Below are positions 24,680 to 33,626 of a stretch of 35,001 bases of DNA, piece by piece (position 1 is the first letter of the stretch; every line of letters starts with the position of its first letter). Source of the stretch: Armatimonadota bacterium (GTDB taxonomy: Bacteria; Sysuimicrobiota; Sysuimicrobiia; Sysuimicrobiales; Kaftiobacteriaceae); assembly GCA_037440005.1 (NCBI GenBank), contig JBBIUY010000030.1, positions 1 to 35,001 on the forward strand. Reading direction: 5' to 3'. The notes beneath the pieces are model-generated. The model saw only the letters and a program-made list of their open reading frames with translations, was not told where the DNA came from and made no database searches. Made by a program: the position numbers and the translations under genes.

Positions 24680-27109
24680 GTGAGCCCGGTGGATGCAGAC
24701 GCTCCTGTGACCGCGGCCCGGCCGGCGACTGAGCTGCCCCGGGAGACGCTGGAGTACTTCGGCGGCGACGAACTGCGGGCGCGGGTGTTCTTCGACAAGT
24801 ACGCCCTGCGGGATCCCGAGGGCCGCCCCCTGGAGGTCACGCCCCCCCAGATGTGGCTGCGGATCGCCCGGGAGATGGCGTCGGTGGAGGCCACCCCGGA
24901 AGGGCGGCGGGAGTGGGAGGAGAGGTTCTACTGGCTGCTGGAGGACTTCCGCTTCATCCCGGGCGGGCGCATCATGCACGGCGCCGGCAACCCCAAGCGG
25001 GTCACCCTGCTCAACTGCTACGTGATCCCCATCGCCGGCGACTCCATCGAGGCCATCTTCGACTGGATGAAGGAGGCCGCCCGCACCTACTCCCTGGGGG
25101 GCGGCGTGGGCACCGACATCAGCGTCCTGCGCCCCCGGGGCGCTCCGGTGAACAACGCGGCCCGCTCCAGCACCGGCGCCGTGTCGTTCATGGAGCTCAT
25201 GTCCCTCACCACCGGCACCATCGGCCAGAGCGGGCGGCGGGGCGCGCTGATGATCACCATCGCCGACTCGCACCCCGACGTGCTGGACTTCGTGCGGGTG
25301 AAGCGCAACCTCACCCGGGTCCGGTACGCCAACATCAGCGTGCGGGTCAGCGACGCCTTCATGCGGGCCGTGGAGGCCGACGGCACCTGGGACCTGGTCT
25401 TCGAGAACGAGAAGGTCTCGGTGCGCCGGACGGTGCGGGCCCGGGACCTGTGGGCCGAACTGATCCGGGGCGCCCGGGACTACGCCGAGCCCGGGGTCAT
25501 CTTCTGGGACCAGGTGGTGCGCTGGTCCACCTCCGAGTACAACGGCATGGGCGTCATCACCACCAACCCGTGCTCCGAAATTCCCCTGGAGCCCTACGGC
25601 AACTGCTGCCTGGGCAACGTCAACCTGGCGCGGTTTGTGGCGGACCCGTTCACCTCCCAGGCGCGGGTGGACTGGGAGCGGCTGGAGCCGGCGTTGCGCT
25701 ACGCCACCCGCTTTCTGGACAACGTGCTGGACTACAACGCCGACAAGCACCCCCTGCCCGCCCAGCGGGAGGCCAGCCTGCGGTCCCGGCGCATCGGGGT
25801 GGGGTTCACCGGGCTGGGGGACATGCTGATCCAGCTGGGCCTGCGCTACGACACCGACGAGGCCATCGCCTTCGTGGACAGGCTGTTCGACCGCATCAAG
25901 AACGTGGTCTACGACGCCAGCGCCGCCCTGGCCGCCGAAAAGGGCGTCTTTCCCGCCTACGACCCGGAGCGCCACCTGCGGGGCGCGTTCTTGGCCACCC
26001 TGCAGCCGCAGGTCCTCGAGCGCATCCGCCGGTACGGCCTGCGCAACGTGGCCCTGCTCACGGTGCCCCCGGTGGGCAGCGGGGCCGCCCTGGCGGGGGT
26101 GACCAGCGGGATCGAGCCCGTGTTCGCCCTCTCCTACGTCCGGCGGTCCGAGTCCCTGTCCCAGGAGACGTTCACCGTCTACCACCCGCTGGTCCGGGAG
26201 TACATGGCCCGCTTCGGCGTCGAGCGGGAGGAGGATCTGCCGCCGTACTTCGTCACCGCCCACCAGATCAAACCCGAGATGCGGGTGCGGATGCAGGCGA
26301 CCATCCAGAAGCACATCGACCACTCCATCAGCAGCACCGTCAACCTCCCCAAGGACACGCCGCCGGAGGAGGTGGAGCGGATCTACTTTTTGGCCTGGAA
26401 GCTGGGCTGCAAGGGGATCACCGTCTACCGGGAAGGCAGCCGGGAGGGCATCCTGCTCACCGAGGAGCAGGCCGCCGAGCAAGCAGCCCGGGCCGCGGCG
26501 GCGGTCGCCCCGCCCGCCGCTCCGGCGGCTGCGGCCCGGACCACGCCCCGCCCGCGGCCCAAGGTGACCTCCGGCCGCACCGAGCGGGTGGAGACCCCCC
26601 GGGGGCGGGTCTACGTGGTCGTCAACGAGGACGAGTGGGGGGTGTGCGAGGTCTTCGTCCACTCCCTGGACGCGGAGGCGGAGGCCATCGGCCGGCTGGC
26701 CTCCCTGGCGCTGCGCGGCGGGATCGATCCCCGGCAGGTCATCGAGCAGCTGTGGCGGGTGCAGAGCAAGGAGGTGGCCTTCGACCGCTCCGCCAGCGGC
26801 ACGGTGGTCCGGGTGTCCACCATCGCCCAGGCGGTGGCCCTGGCCCTGGGCCGGACCCTGTACGGGGACGACTTCCGCCCCGACAAGGAGTTTCCGCGGG
26901 CCGACGTGCTGCCCGAGCCGCGGGTCAGCGCCCGCCAGCAGCCGCTGCGGTTTGGCTCCGGCCCGGACCGGCCCGCCGCCCCTCCCGCAGGCAACGGCGA
27001 CGGGGCCGCCCCCCTGGAGTTCATCGGCATCTGCCCCGACTGCGGCAGCCAGCTGGTGCACGAGAACGGGTGCGCCCACTGCTCGTCCTGCGGCTACTCC
27101 CGGTGCTGA
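24680..27109 (+). CDS. nrdJ: Adenosylcobalamin-dependent (class II) ribonucleotide reductase
   Basis: PGGRI, NCYV, RRGALM, TNPCSE, CCLGNVNL, SGIEP, SISSTVN and KGITVYR. TSCPD-like region and C-terminal CPDC...CxxCxxCGYSRC. No small subunit nearby. Confidence 0.93.
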   Translation: MSPVDADAPVTAARPATELPRETLEYFGGDELRARVFFDKYALRDPEGRPLEVTPPQMWLRIAREMASVEATPEGRREWEERFYWLLEDFRFIPGGRIMHGAGNPKRVTLLNCYVIPIAGDSIEAIFDWMKEAARTYSLGGGVGTDISVLRPRGAPVNNAARSSTGAVSFMELMSLTTGTIGQSGRRGALMITIADSHPDVLDFVRVKRNLTRVRYANISVRVSDAFMRAVEADGTWDLVFENEKVSVRRTVRARDLWAELIRGARDYAEPGVIFWDQVVRWSTSEYNGMGVITTNPCSEIPLEPYGNCCLGNVNLARFVADPFTSQARVDWERLEPALRYATRFLDNVLDYNADKHPLPAQREASLRSRRIGVGFTGLGDMLIQLGLRYDTDEAIAFVDRLFDRIKNVVYDASAALAAEKGVFPAYDPERHLRGAFLATLQPQVLERIRRYGLRNVALLTVPPVGSGAALAGVTSGIEPVFALSYVRRSESLSQETFTVYHPLVREYMARFGVEREEDLPPYFVTAHQIKPEMRVRMQATIQKHIDHSISSTVNLPKDTPPEEVERIYFLAWKLGCKGITVYREGSREGILLTEEQAAEQAARAAAAVAPPAAPAAAARTTPRPRPKVTSGRTERVETPRGRVYVVVNEDEWGVCEVFVHSLDAEAEAIGRLASLALRGGIDPRQVIEQLWRVQSKEVAFDRSASGTVVRVSTIAQAVALALGRTLYGDDFRPDKEFPRADVLPEPRVSARQQPLRFGSGPDRPAAPPAGNGDGAAPLEFIGICPDCGSQLVHENGCAHCSSCGYSRC

Positions 27110-27204
27110 CCGGCGCCTCCGGCGGCGGATCCGCAGACGGCCGGGCCGGGCCCGCGGAATGAGGACGGGCCGCCGTCTCGTTGGCGGTGAGGGATGCGGC
27201 GGCG

Positions 27205-28128
27205 ATGACGGCCCTGCCCGGTGCGGACCACCTCCTGCCCGACGGCACGTCGGCGGGCTACGTCCACCTCAACGTCTCCGACCCGGCGGCGGTCGCCGCC
27301 TTTTACCGGGAGCGGCTGGGCTTCCATCCTTTGGGTGAGGCCTCCGGTGCCTGGCTGCTGTCCGGAGACGGCCGGCCGCCGGTGCGCCTCGTCCTGACCC
27401 CCGCCTCCGCGCCCCGCCGGCGGTCCGCCGGCCTGTACCACCTGGCGGTGCTGTACCCCACCCGGGAGGCGCTCGCCGGTGCCCTGGCCGGCCTGGTGGA
27501 GGCCGGCTGGCCCCTGCAGGGCGCGTCCGACCACGGCGTCAGCGAGGCCATCTACCTGGCCGACCCCGACGGCAACGGCGTCGAGATCTACGCCGACAGA
27601 GACCCCGCCCTCTGGCCCCGCCGCGGCGGCGAGCTGGCCATGGTCACGCGTCCGCTGGACCTGGCGGGCCTGCTGGAGCGCGCCGGCGGGTCCCCCGCCT
27701 CCGGCGGGCGGATCGGTCACGTGCACCTGCACGTAGCTGACCTGCGCCGGGCCGAGGCGTTTTACAGCGGCGTCCTGGGGTTCGGCGTCACCCAGCGCTC
27801 CTACCCGGGGGCGCTGTTCCTGGCCGCCGGCGGCTACCACCACCACGTGGGCCTGAACACGTGGGCGGGGACCGACCTGCCGCCTTCTGACCCGCAGGCG
27901 CCGGGCCTGCGGGAGTTCTCGGTGCGCCTGCCGTCTCCGGCCGCCTGGCCGCGTCTGCAGGCACGCCTGCGGCGGCACCGGGTGCCGGTGGAGGAGGCCT
28001 GGGACCGGGGAGAGCACCTGGCGGTGCGGGTGCGGGATCCCGACGGCATCGGCGTGGTCGTGGAGGTGCCCGCCGGCGGACCGCTGTCCTGGCCGGGTCG
28101 CCCGGTGGATCCGCAGGCGGTGGCCTGA
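27205..28128 (+). CDS. VOC-family protein, catechol 2,3-dioxygenase (CatE)-like
   Basis: GLYHLA, GASDHGVSEAIYLADPDGNGVEIYAD, IGHVHL and GGYHHHVGLNTW. Start is uncertain (27181-27205). Confidence 0.88.
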   Translation: MTALPGADHLLPDGTSAGYVHLNVSDPAAVAAFYRERLGFHPLGEASGAWLLSGDGRPPVRLVLTPASAPRRRSAGLYHLAVLYPTREALAGALAGLVEAGWPLQGASDHGVSEAIYLADPDGNGVEIYADRDPALWPRRGGELAMVTRPLDLAGLLERAGGSPASGGRIGHVHLHVADLRRAEAFYSGVLGFGVTQRSYPGALFLAAGGYHHHVGLNTWAGTDLPPSDPQAPGLREFSVRLPSPAAWPRLQARLRRHRVPVEEAWDRGEHLAVRVRDPDGIGVVVEVPAGGPLSWPGRPVDPQAVA

Positions 28129-28154
28129 CCCCGGCGGCGAGGTCCGGACCGACC

Positions 28155-28163
28155 TGCTACAAT
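28155..28163 (+). promoter_or_regulatory. Extended -10 promoter upstream of citrate synthase
   Basis: TGcTACAAT about 30 nt before the ATG. Confidence 0.6.
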
Positions 28164-28193
28164 GGACATCTGGCGGCGCGCGGAGGCGGGACG

Positions 28194-29354
28194 ATGGGGG
28201 TGGAGTTCCGGGCGGGCCTGAAGGACGTGGTCGCGGTCAGCTCCAGCATCTCCACCGTGGACGGGGAGGCGGGGCGGCTGCTGTACCGCGGCTACGACAT
28301 CCGCGACCTGGCCCTGCACGCCACCTACGAGGAGGTGGTGCACCTCCTGTGGGAGGGCGAGCTGCCCACCCGGGCGCAGCTGGACGCCCTGACCGCCCGG
28401 CTGGCCGCTGCCCGCCCTCTGCCGGAGCCCGTCCTGGCGTCCATGGCGCACTATCCTCCGGCGGCCCACCCTCTGGACGCTCTGCGGACGGCCGTGTCGG
28501 TGGCAGGCCTGCACGATCCCGACGGCCGGGTCACCGACGACGCCGCGACCCGCCGCAAGGCCGTGCGCCTGACCGCCCAGATCCCGGTGATGGTGGCCGC
28601 CTGGCACAACCTGCGCCAGGGCCGGCCCCCGGTGCCGGCGCGGCCGGAGGGAGGGACCGCCGCCCACTTCCTGTACGCGCTGACCGGCCGCCCGCCCACC
28701 CCGGTGGCGGAGCGGACCATGGACATGATCTTCGTGCTGCATGCCGAGCACGAGATCAACGCCAGCACCTTCGCGGTGCGGGTGGCGGCCGCCACCTACA
28801 CCGACCTGCATTCGGCCGTGGTGGCCGCCATCGGCACCCTCAAGGGTCCCCGGCACGGCGGCGCCAACGAGGACGTGCTGGCCATGCTGCTGGAGATCGG
28901 GGATCCCGCCCGGGCGGAGGGCTACATCCTCCGCCGCCTGGAGCAGCGCGCCCGCATGTCCAAAGACGAGCGCGCCCGGCCCGAGAACCGCATCCCGGGA
29001 TTCGGACACGCCGTGTACCGGGTGGACGACCCCCGGGCCGGCGTCCTGCGGGAGATGGCCCGGCAGCTCAGCGAGGAAGCCGGCACCGCGCGGGTGTACG
29101 AGACCGCCGTGCGGGTGTACGAGACCATGCGCCAGGAGACCGACCTGCCGGTGAACGTGGACTTCTTCTCGGCGGTGGTGTACCACGCCCTGGGCATTCC
29201 CGCCGACCTGTGCACCTCCATCTTCGCCAGCGCCCGGATCAGCGGGTGGTGCGCCCACGCCCTGGAGCAGTACCACGACCGGCTCATCCGGCCCCGGGCC
29301 CAGTACACCGGCCCGCCGCCGCGGCCCCTGGTGCCGCTGGAGCGGCGGGGCTAA
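28194..29354 (+). CDS. Citrate synthase / 2-methylcitrate synthase family
   Basis: LLYRGY, LHAEHEINAST, HGGAN, GFGHAVY, DPR, NVDF and RLIRP. GGAGG SD upstream. Confidence 0.95.
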   Translation: MGVEFRAGLKDVVAVSSSISTVDGEAGRLLYRGYDIRDLALHATYEEVVHLLWEGELPTRAQLDALTARLAAARPLPEPVLASMAHYPPAAHPLDALRTAVSVAGLHDPDGRVTDDAATRRKAVRLTAQIPVMVAAWHNLRQGRPPVPARPEGGTAAHFLYALTGRPPTPVAERTMDMIFVLHAEHEINASTFAVRVAAATYTDLHSAVVAAIGTLKGPRHGGANEDVLAMLLEIGDPARAEGYILRRLEQRARMSKDERARPENRIPGFGHAVYRVDDPRAGVLREMARQLSEEAGTARVYETAVRVYETMRQETDLPVNVDFFSAVVYHALGIPADLCTSIFASARISGWCAHALEQYHDRLIRPRAQYTGPPPRPLVPLERRG

Positions 29355-29369
29355 GTGAGGAGGCCGGGG

Positions 29370-29687
29370 GTGCCCACCGTCATCGTCTACTGCGTCCCCC
29401 ACTGCGGGCACGCCCGGGCGGTGCTGGCGCAGCTGCGCAGGCTGGGGATTCCCTTCGAGCAGCGGGTCCTCACCCCCGAGGCGGCGGACGTGGTGGTCGC
29501 CGCCTACCACCTGTACGGCAGCCCCATCCTGGTGGTCGACGGCGAGGTGGTCTGCGGGGCCGACCGCATCCGGGCGCGGGTGCGGGAGCTGGCGGCCCCG
29601 GCCGGGGGAGCCGGACCCGGAGGAGGGACGCCTGCGGGTCCCGAAGTACAGCGGCGGACGTCCATCCGGGAGGAGGGACGAGCGTGA
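29370..29687 (+). CDS. Glutaredoxin-like protein
   Basis: VIVYCVPHCGHA, GIPFEQR and cis-Pro region SPILVVDGEVV. GAGGAGG SD before GTG 29370. Alternative start at 29355. Confidence 0.75.
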   Translation: MPTVIVYCVPHCGHARAVLAQLRRLGIPFEQRVLTPEAADVVVAAYHLYGSPILVVDGEVVCGADRIRARVRELAAPAGGAGPGGGTPAGPEVQRRTSIREEGRA

Positions 29688-30679
29688 AGGTGCTGCGCAG
29701 GGGATGCCTGTGGGGTGTGGTGCTGGCCGTCGCGGTGATCCTGGTGGGGGTTCCGGGCGGTCCGGCGGTCGGACAGAGCAAGCTGGTGATGGTGTTCGTC
29801 CCCTCGCGGGAGACCGACATCATCCTGACCAGCGGCCAGATCCTGGGCCGCATGCTCAGCGTGTCGCTGGGGATCCCGGTGGAGGCGGTGGTCTCCACCA
29901 GCTACACGGCCGCCGTGGAGGCCATGTGCGCCGGGCGGGCGGACATCGGGGCCCTCAACCCGTTCAGCTACGTCCTGGCCCACCAGAAGTGCGGGGTGGA
30001 GGTGGCGGCCATCTCGGTGCGGTTCGGGTTGCCCTACTACCGGGCGCAGATCAGCGTCCGCGCCGACAGCGGGATTACCCGGATCGAGCAGCTGCGGGGC
30101 AAGCGGTTCGCCTTCGTGGACCCCGCGTCCACCTCCGGCTACCTGTTCCCCGCGGCCATGCTCAAGAAGATGGGCTACGACCCCGACACGTTCTTCTCCC
30201 AGACGGTGTTCGCCGGGTCGCACCCCAACGTGATCCTGGCCATCTACCGGGGACAGGTGGACGGCGGGGCCACCTTTGAGGACGCCCGCACCAACGTGCA
30301 GGCCCAGTTCCCGGACGTGATGGAGCGGGTGAAGCCCATCGCCTACACGAACCCCATCCCCAACGACACCTGGAGCCTGAGCGTGCGCCTGAGCCCGGAG
30401 ATGCGGGCGCGCATCAAGGACCGCCTGCTGCGCATCGCCACCACCGCCGAGGGCAAGGAGGCGCTGCGGAACCTGTACAGCATCGAGGGGCTCACCGACG
30501 TGGTGGAGCTCACCGACGAGCAGGTCCGCCAGCTGGGCATCCGCTTCCCCCAGGCCATCGCCGAGCGCATCGTGCGCCGGGGCGGGCGGGTGGTCATCCC
30601 CGTCGGCGACTGGTACTTCCAGCCCATCCGGGACGCGGCCACCTACCTGGGCCTGGATCTGCAGAAGCTGGCCCGGTAG
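29684..30679 (+). CDS. phnD: Phosphate/phosphite/phosphonate ABC transporter substrate-binding protein
   Basis: Signal peptide, FVPS, FAFVDPASTSGYLFP, FAGSH and IPND. GGAGG SD upstream. Confidence 0.92.
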   Translation: MKVLRRGCLWGVVLAVAVILVGVPGGPAVGQSKLVMVFVPSRETDIILTSGQILGRMLSVSLGIPVEAVVSTSYTAAVEAMCAGRADIGALNPFSYVLAHQKCGVEVAAISVRFGLPYYRAQISVRADSGITRIEQLRGKRFAFVDPASTSGYLFPAAMLKKMGYDPDTFFSQTVFAGSHPNVILAIYRGQVDGGATFEDARTNVQAQFPDVMERVKPIAYTNPIPNDTWSLSVRLSPEMRARIKDRLLRIATTAEGKEALRNLYSIEGLTDVVELTDEQVRQLGIRFPQAIAERIVRRGGRVVIPVGDWYFQPIRDAATYLGLDLQKLAR

Positions 30680-30704
30680 CGGTCCGCGGGTGGGGCGTCC
30701 GGGA

Positions 30705-30732
30705 GGGGAGGAGGGCCGCCGCCCTCCTCCCC
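30705..30732 (+). other. Intercistronic stem-loop after the binding-protein gene
   Basis: Perfect 12-bp stem GGGGAGGAGGGC / GCCCTCCTCCCC with a 4-nt loop. Such hairpins commonly stabilise the SBP mRNA or partly terminate transcription in ABC operons. Confidence 0.7.
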
Positions 30733-30751
30733 GCCTTTCGGGGGGAGAGCC

Positions 30752-31522
30752 GTGAAGGGATCGTCCCTGCGGGTGGAGGGGCTGACCAAGATCTACCCCG
30801 ACGGGACGGTGGCGCTGCGGGACGTCACCTTCAGCGTCGAGCCGGGCGAGTTCGTGGTCATCATCGGGCTGTCGGGGTCGGGGAAGTCCACCCTCATGCG
30901 GTGCATCAACCGGCTGATCGAGCCCACCGCCGGGAAGGTGTACATCGACGGGGTGGACGTCACCGCCCTGTCCCCGGCCGAGCTGCGCCGGGTGCGCCGG
31001 CACGTGGGCATGATCTTCCAGCAGTTCAACCTGGTGCGGCGCGCGCCGGTCCTCACCAACGTCCTGGCCGGGCGGCTGGGCTACCTGCCGTCGAGCTGGG
31101 CTCTGATCAACTACTTTCCCCGGGAGGAGGTGGCCCGGGCGCTGCACAACCTGGAGCGGGTGGGCATCGCCGAAAAGGCATACACCCGGGCCGACCAGCT
31201 CAGCGGCGGCCAGCAGCAGCGGGTGGGCATCGCCCGGGCGCTGATGCAGGAGCCCACCCTGATCCTGGCCGACGAGCCCGTGGCCAGCCTGGACCCCGCC
31301 ACCTCCCACTCGGTGCTGAAGTACGTGGAGGAACTGAACAAAAAGGACGGCATCACCGTCCTGTGCGCCCTGCACTTCCTCAGCCTCGCCCGCCGGTACG
31401 GCACCCGGATCCTGGCCCTCAAGGCCGGGCGGATCATCTACGACGGCCTGCCGGCCGACATCGACGCACGCCGGTTCAAGGAGATCTACGGCGAGGAGGC
31501 CGTGGAGGTGGAGATCGCATGA
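30752..31522 (+). CDS. phnC: Phosphonate ABC transporter ATP-binding protein
   Basis: [33 protein letters not shown] and [10 protein letters not shown]. Confidence 0.95.
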   Translation: MKGSSLRVEGLTKIYPDGTVALRDVTFSVEPGEFVVIIGLSGSGKSTLMRCINRLIEPTAGKVYIDGVDVTALSPAELRRVRRHVGMIFQQFNLVRRAPVLTNVLAGRLGYLPSSWALINYFPREEVARALHNLERVGIAEKAYTRADQLSGGQQQRVGIARALMQEPTLILADEPVASLDPATSHSVLKYVEELNKKDGITVLCALHFLSLARRYGTRILALKAGRIIYDGLPADIDARRFKEIYGEEAVEVEIA

Positions 31523-32709
31523 CCCCGGAGGTGGTGCCGGCGCCGGCGCCCCTGGGCCGGCCGCGCCCGTGGTTTGCCAGCGCCAAGTTCCTGGCCCTGC
31601 TGCTGGGCCTGGCCGGCGTGTACTCCTACGGGTGGCGCGTCACCAAGATCGACCTGCCCGAACTGGTGTCGGGGGCCCGGTTCGTCCGCCCCTTCGTGGT
31701 GGACCTGTTCCGCCCCGACGTGGTGTCCCGCCCCGTCCACACCCAGGAGGTGCAGCTGGGCATGTCGGTGGACCCGGCTGTGCCTCCCGAGGACGTGGTG
31801 CCTTCGCCCGGGGGGCCGCAGCTGCTGGCCCCCACCCGGGTGACGGCGGTGGGGGAGTCCCTCACCGTCCGGGGGCGCGGCTTCCGGCCCCACAGCGCCG
31901 GCACCCTGTTCTGGGTGAACCCCATCGGCAACCCGCAGCCGGTGGCCACCTTCCGCACCGACGCGGACGGGGCGTTTGAGGTCACCATCACGGTCCCCGA
32001 GGTCTTCCGGGGACCGGAGGCCGGACCCCGGGGGGCCCAGCAGCGCCTGGCCGCCCGGGTCAGCTGGGAGAGCGGACCGCTGCGGCCCAGCAAGACGCTG
32101 CTGCTGGTGGCCGAGAAGATCGTCGAGACGGTGTTTCTGGCGCTGATGGGCACCACCATCGCCGTGGTGGCGGCCGTGCCCCTGTCATTTCTGGGCGCCA
32201 AGAACCTGATGGCCAAGAACCCCGTGGGGACCACCGTGTACTTCCTCATCCGCTCGTTTTTCAACATCATGCGGTCCATCGAGCCGCTGATCCTGGCCAT
32301 CATCTTCACCGTGTGGGTGGGCCTGGGGCCGTTTGCGGGGGTGCTGGCCCTGGCCCTGCACTCGGTGGCGGCTCTGGGCAAGCTCTACTCGGAACAGATC
32401 GAGTCCATCGATCCCGGCCCCATCGAGGCCATCACCGCCACCGGCGCCAGCCCCCTGCAGGTGGTGCGGTACGCGGTGGTGCCGCAGATCGTGCCGCCGT
32501 TCATCGCGTTCACCATCTACCGGTGGGACACCAACGTGCGCATGTCCACCGTCATCGGGTTCGTGGGCGGGGGAGGCATCGGGTTCGTCCTCCAGCAGTA
32601 CATCAACCTGCTGCAGTACCGCCAGGCGGCGACCGCCGTGTGGGCCATCACGCTGGTGGTGGCCCTGCTGGACTACCTCAGCGCCGCCATCCGCGAGCGG
32701 GTGGTCTGA
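31519..32709 (+). CDS. phnE: Phosphonate ABC transporter permease with extracytoplasmic insertion
   Basis: ETVFLALMGT, RSIEPLI, VGLGPFAGVLAL, LGKLYSEQIE and NVRMSTVIGFVGGGGIG. Confidence 0.93.
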   Translation: MTPEVVPAPAPLGRPRPWFASAKFLALLLGLAGVYSYGWRVTKIDLPELVSGARFVRPFVVDLFRPDVVSRPVHTQEVQLGMSVDPAVPPEDVVPSPGGPQLLAPTRVTAVGESLTVRGRGFRPHSAGTLFWVNPIGNPQPVATFRTDADGAFEVTITVPEVFRGPEAGPRGAQQRLAARVSWESGPLRPSKTLLLVAEKIVETVFLALMGTTIAVVAAVPLSFLGAKNLMAKNPVGTTVYFLIRSFFNIMRSIEPLILAIIFTVWVGLGPFAGVLALALHSVAALGKLYSEQIESIDPGPIEAITATGASPLQVVRYAVVPQIVPPFIAFTIYRWDTNVRMSTVIGFVGGGGIGFVLQQYINLLQYRQAATAVWAITLVVALLDYLSAAIRERVV

Positions 32710-32733
32710 GGCGCGGGGCCGGCGGCGCCGCCT

Positions 32734-33537
32734 GTGGGGATGCGGCTGCTCACATCCCACCACCTGCGCGCGGCGGGGGTGGTGCACGCCTTCACCACGC
32801 GCGCCGGCGGCGTGAGCCGGGGGGTCTGGGCGGGGCTGAATCTGGGCCGCGGCGCGGCCGACGACCCCCGGGCGGTGGAGGCCAACCGGGCCCGGGTGCT
32901 GGCCGCCCTGGGCGTCCGGGGGTGGGCCCACGTGGAGGCGGCCCAGGTCCACGGGGACGCGGTGGCGGTGGTGGGGCGCGCAGACGACGGGCGGGTGATC
33001 CCCGACGCCGACGGCCTGGCCACCGCCGAGCCGGGCGTGGTGCTGGCCGTCCACGCCGCCGACTGCGTGCCGCTGCTCCTGGCCGATCCCCGGGTCCCGG
33101 CGGTGGCGGCGGTGCACGCCGGCTGGCGGGGCATCGCCGCGGGGGTGGCGGTGCGGGCGGTGCTGGTCCTGGCCGACGCGTTCGGATGCCGGCCGGAGGA
33201 CCTGCGGGCGGCCCTGGGTCCCGCCATCGGCCCCTGCCACTACGAGGTGGACGAGCCGGTGGTGGCCCGCCTGCGGCGCTGGCCCTGGTGGGAGGAGGTC
33301 CTGACCCCGACCCGCCCCGGCCACTGGCGGATGGACCTGTGGGGCGCGGTGCGCCGCCAGCTCGCCGACGCGGGCGTGCCGGCCGCACAGGTGGAGACCC
33401 TGGCGTGGTGCACCTACGAGCACCCCGAGCTGTTTTACTCCCACCGGCGGGACGGAACCACGGGCCGCCACGCGGCGCTGATCGCCCTGCCGCCGTCCCC
33501 GGGAGGCCGGAGGGCCGCCCTCTCTTCCCGGGCGTGA
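32734..33537 (+). CDS. pgeF: Peptidoglycan editing factor PgeF / YfiH-YlmD family purine nucleoside enzyme
   Basis: FTTRAGGVS, LNLG, QVHG, ADGLAT, ADCVPLL, HAGWRG, GPAIGPC.YEV and YSHRR. Confidence 0.93.
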   Translation: MGMRLLTSHHLRAAGVVHAFTTRAGGVSRGVWAGLNLGRGAADDPRAVEANRARVLAALGVRGWAHVEAAQVHGDAVAVVGRADDGRVIPDADGLATAEPGVVLAVHAADCVPLLLADPRVPAVAAVHAGWRGIAAGVAVRAVLVLADAFGCRPEDLRAALGPAIGPCHYEVDEPVVARLRRWPWWEEVLTPTRPGHWRMDLWGAVRRQLADAGVPAAQVETLAWCTYEHPELFYSHRRDGTTGRHAALIALPPSPGGRRAALSSRA

Positions 33538-33626
33538 GAGGCGGCCCGCGCGCGGCGTCCTCTCCGACCGGAGGCGGCCGCTCCCCTGCGCGCGGAGGGA
33601 ACCCCGGCGGGGGGGAGAATACGGAC

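Noticed and set aside
24844..24859. Single NrdR-core match CCCCCAGATGTGGCTG inside nrdJ
   Set aside because: It is within coding sequence and has no partner at 31-32 bp. It shows that single cores arise by chance, so only spaced intergenic pairs were accepted.
24622..27109. Intein in NrdJ or a cobalamin riboswitch before it
   Set aside because: The protein is continuous at normal length with no splice motifs. The 58-nt gap is too short for the riboswitch.
28161..28176. ACATCTGG half-match to the NrdR box after the citrate synthase -10
   Set aside because: It lacks the conserved first C of the core and has no partner box.
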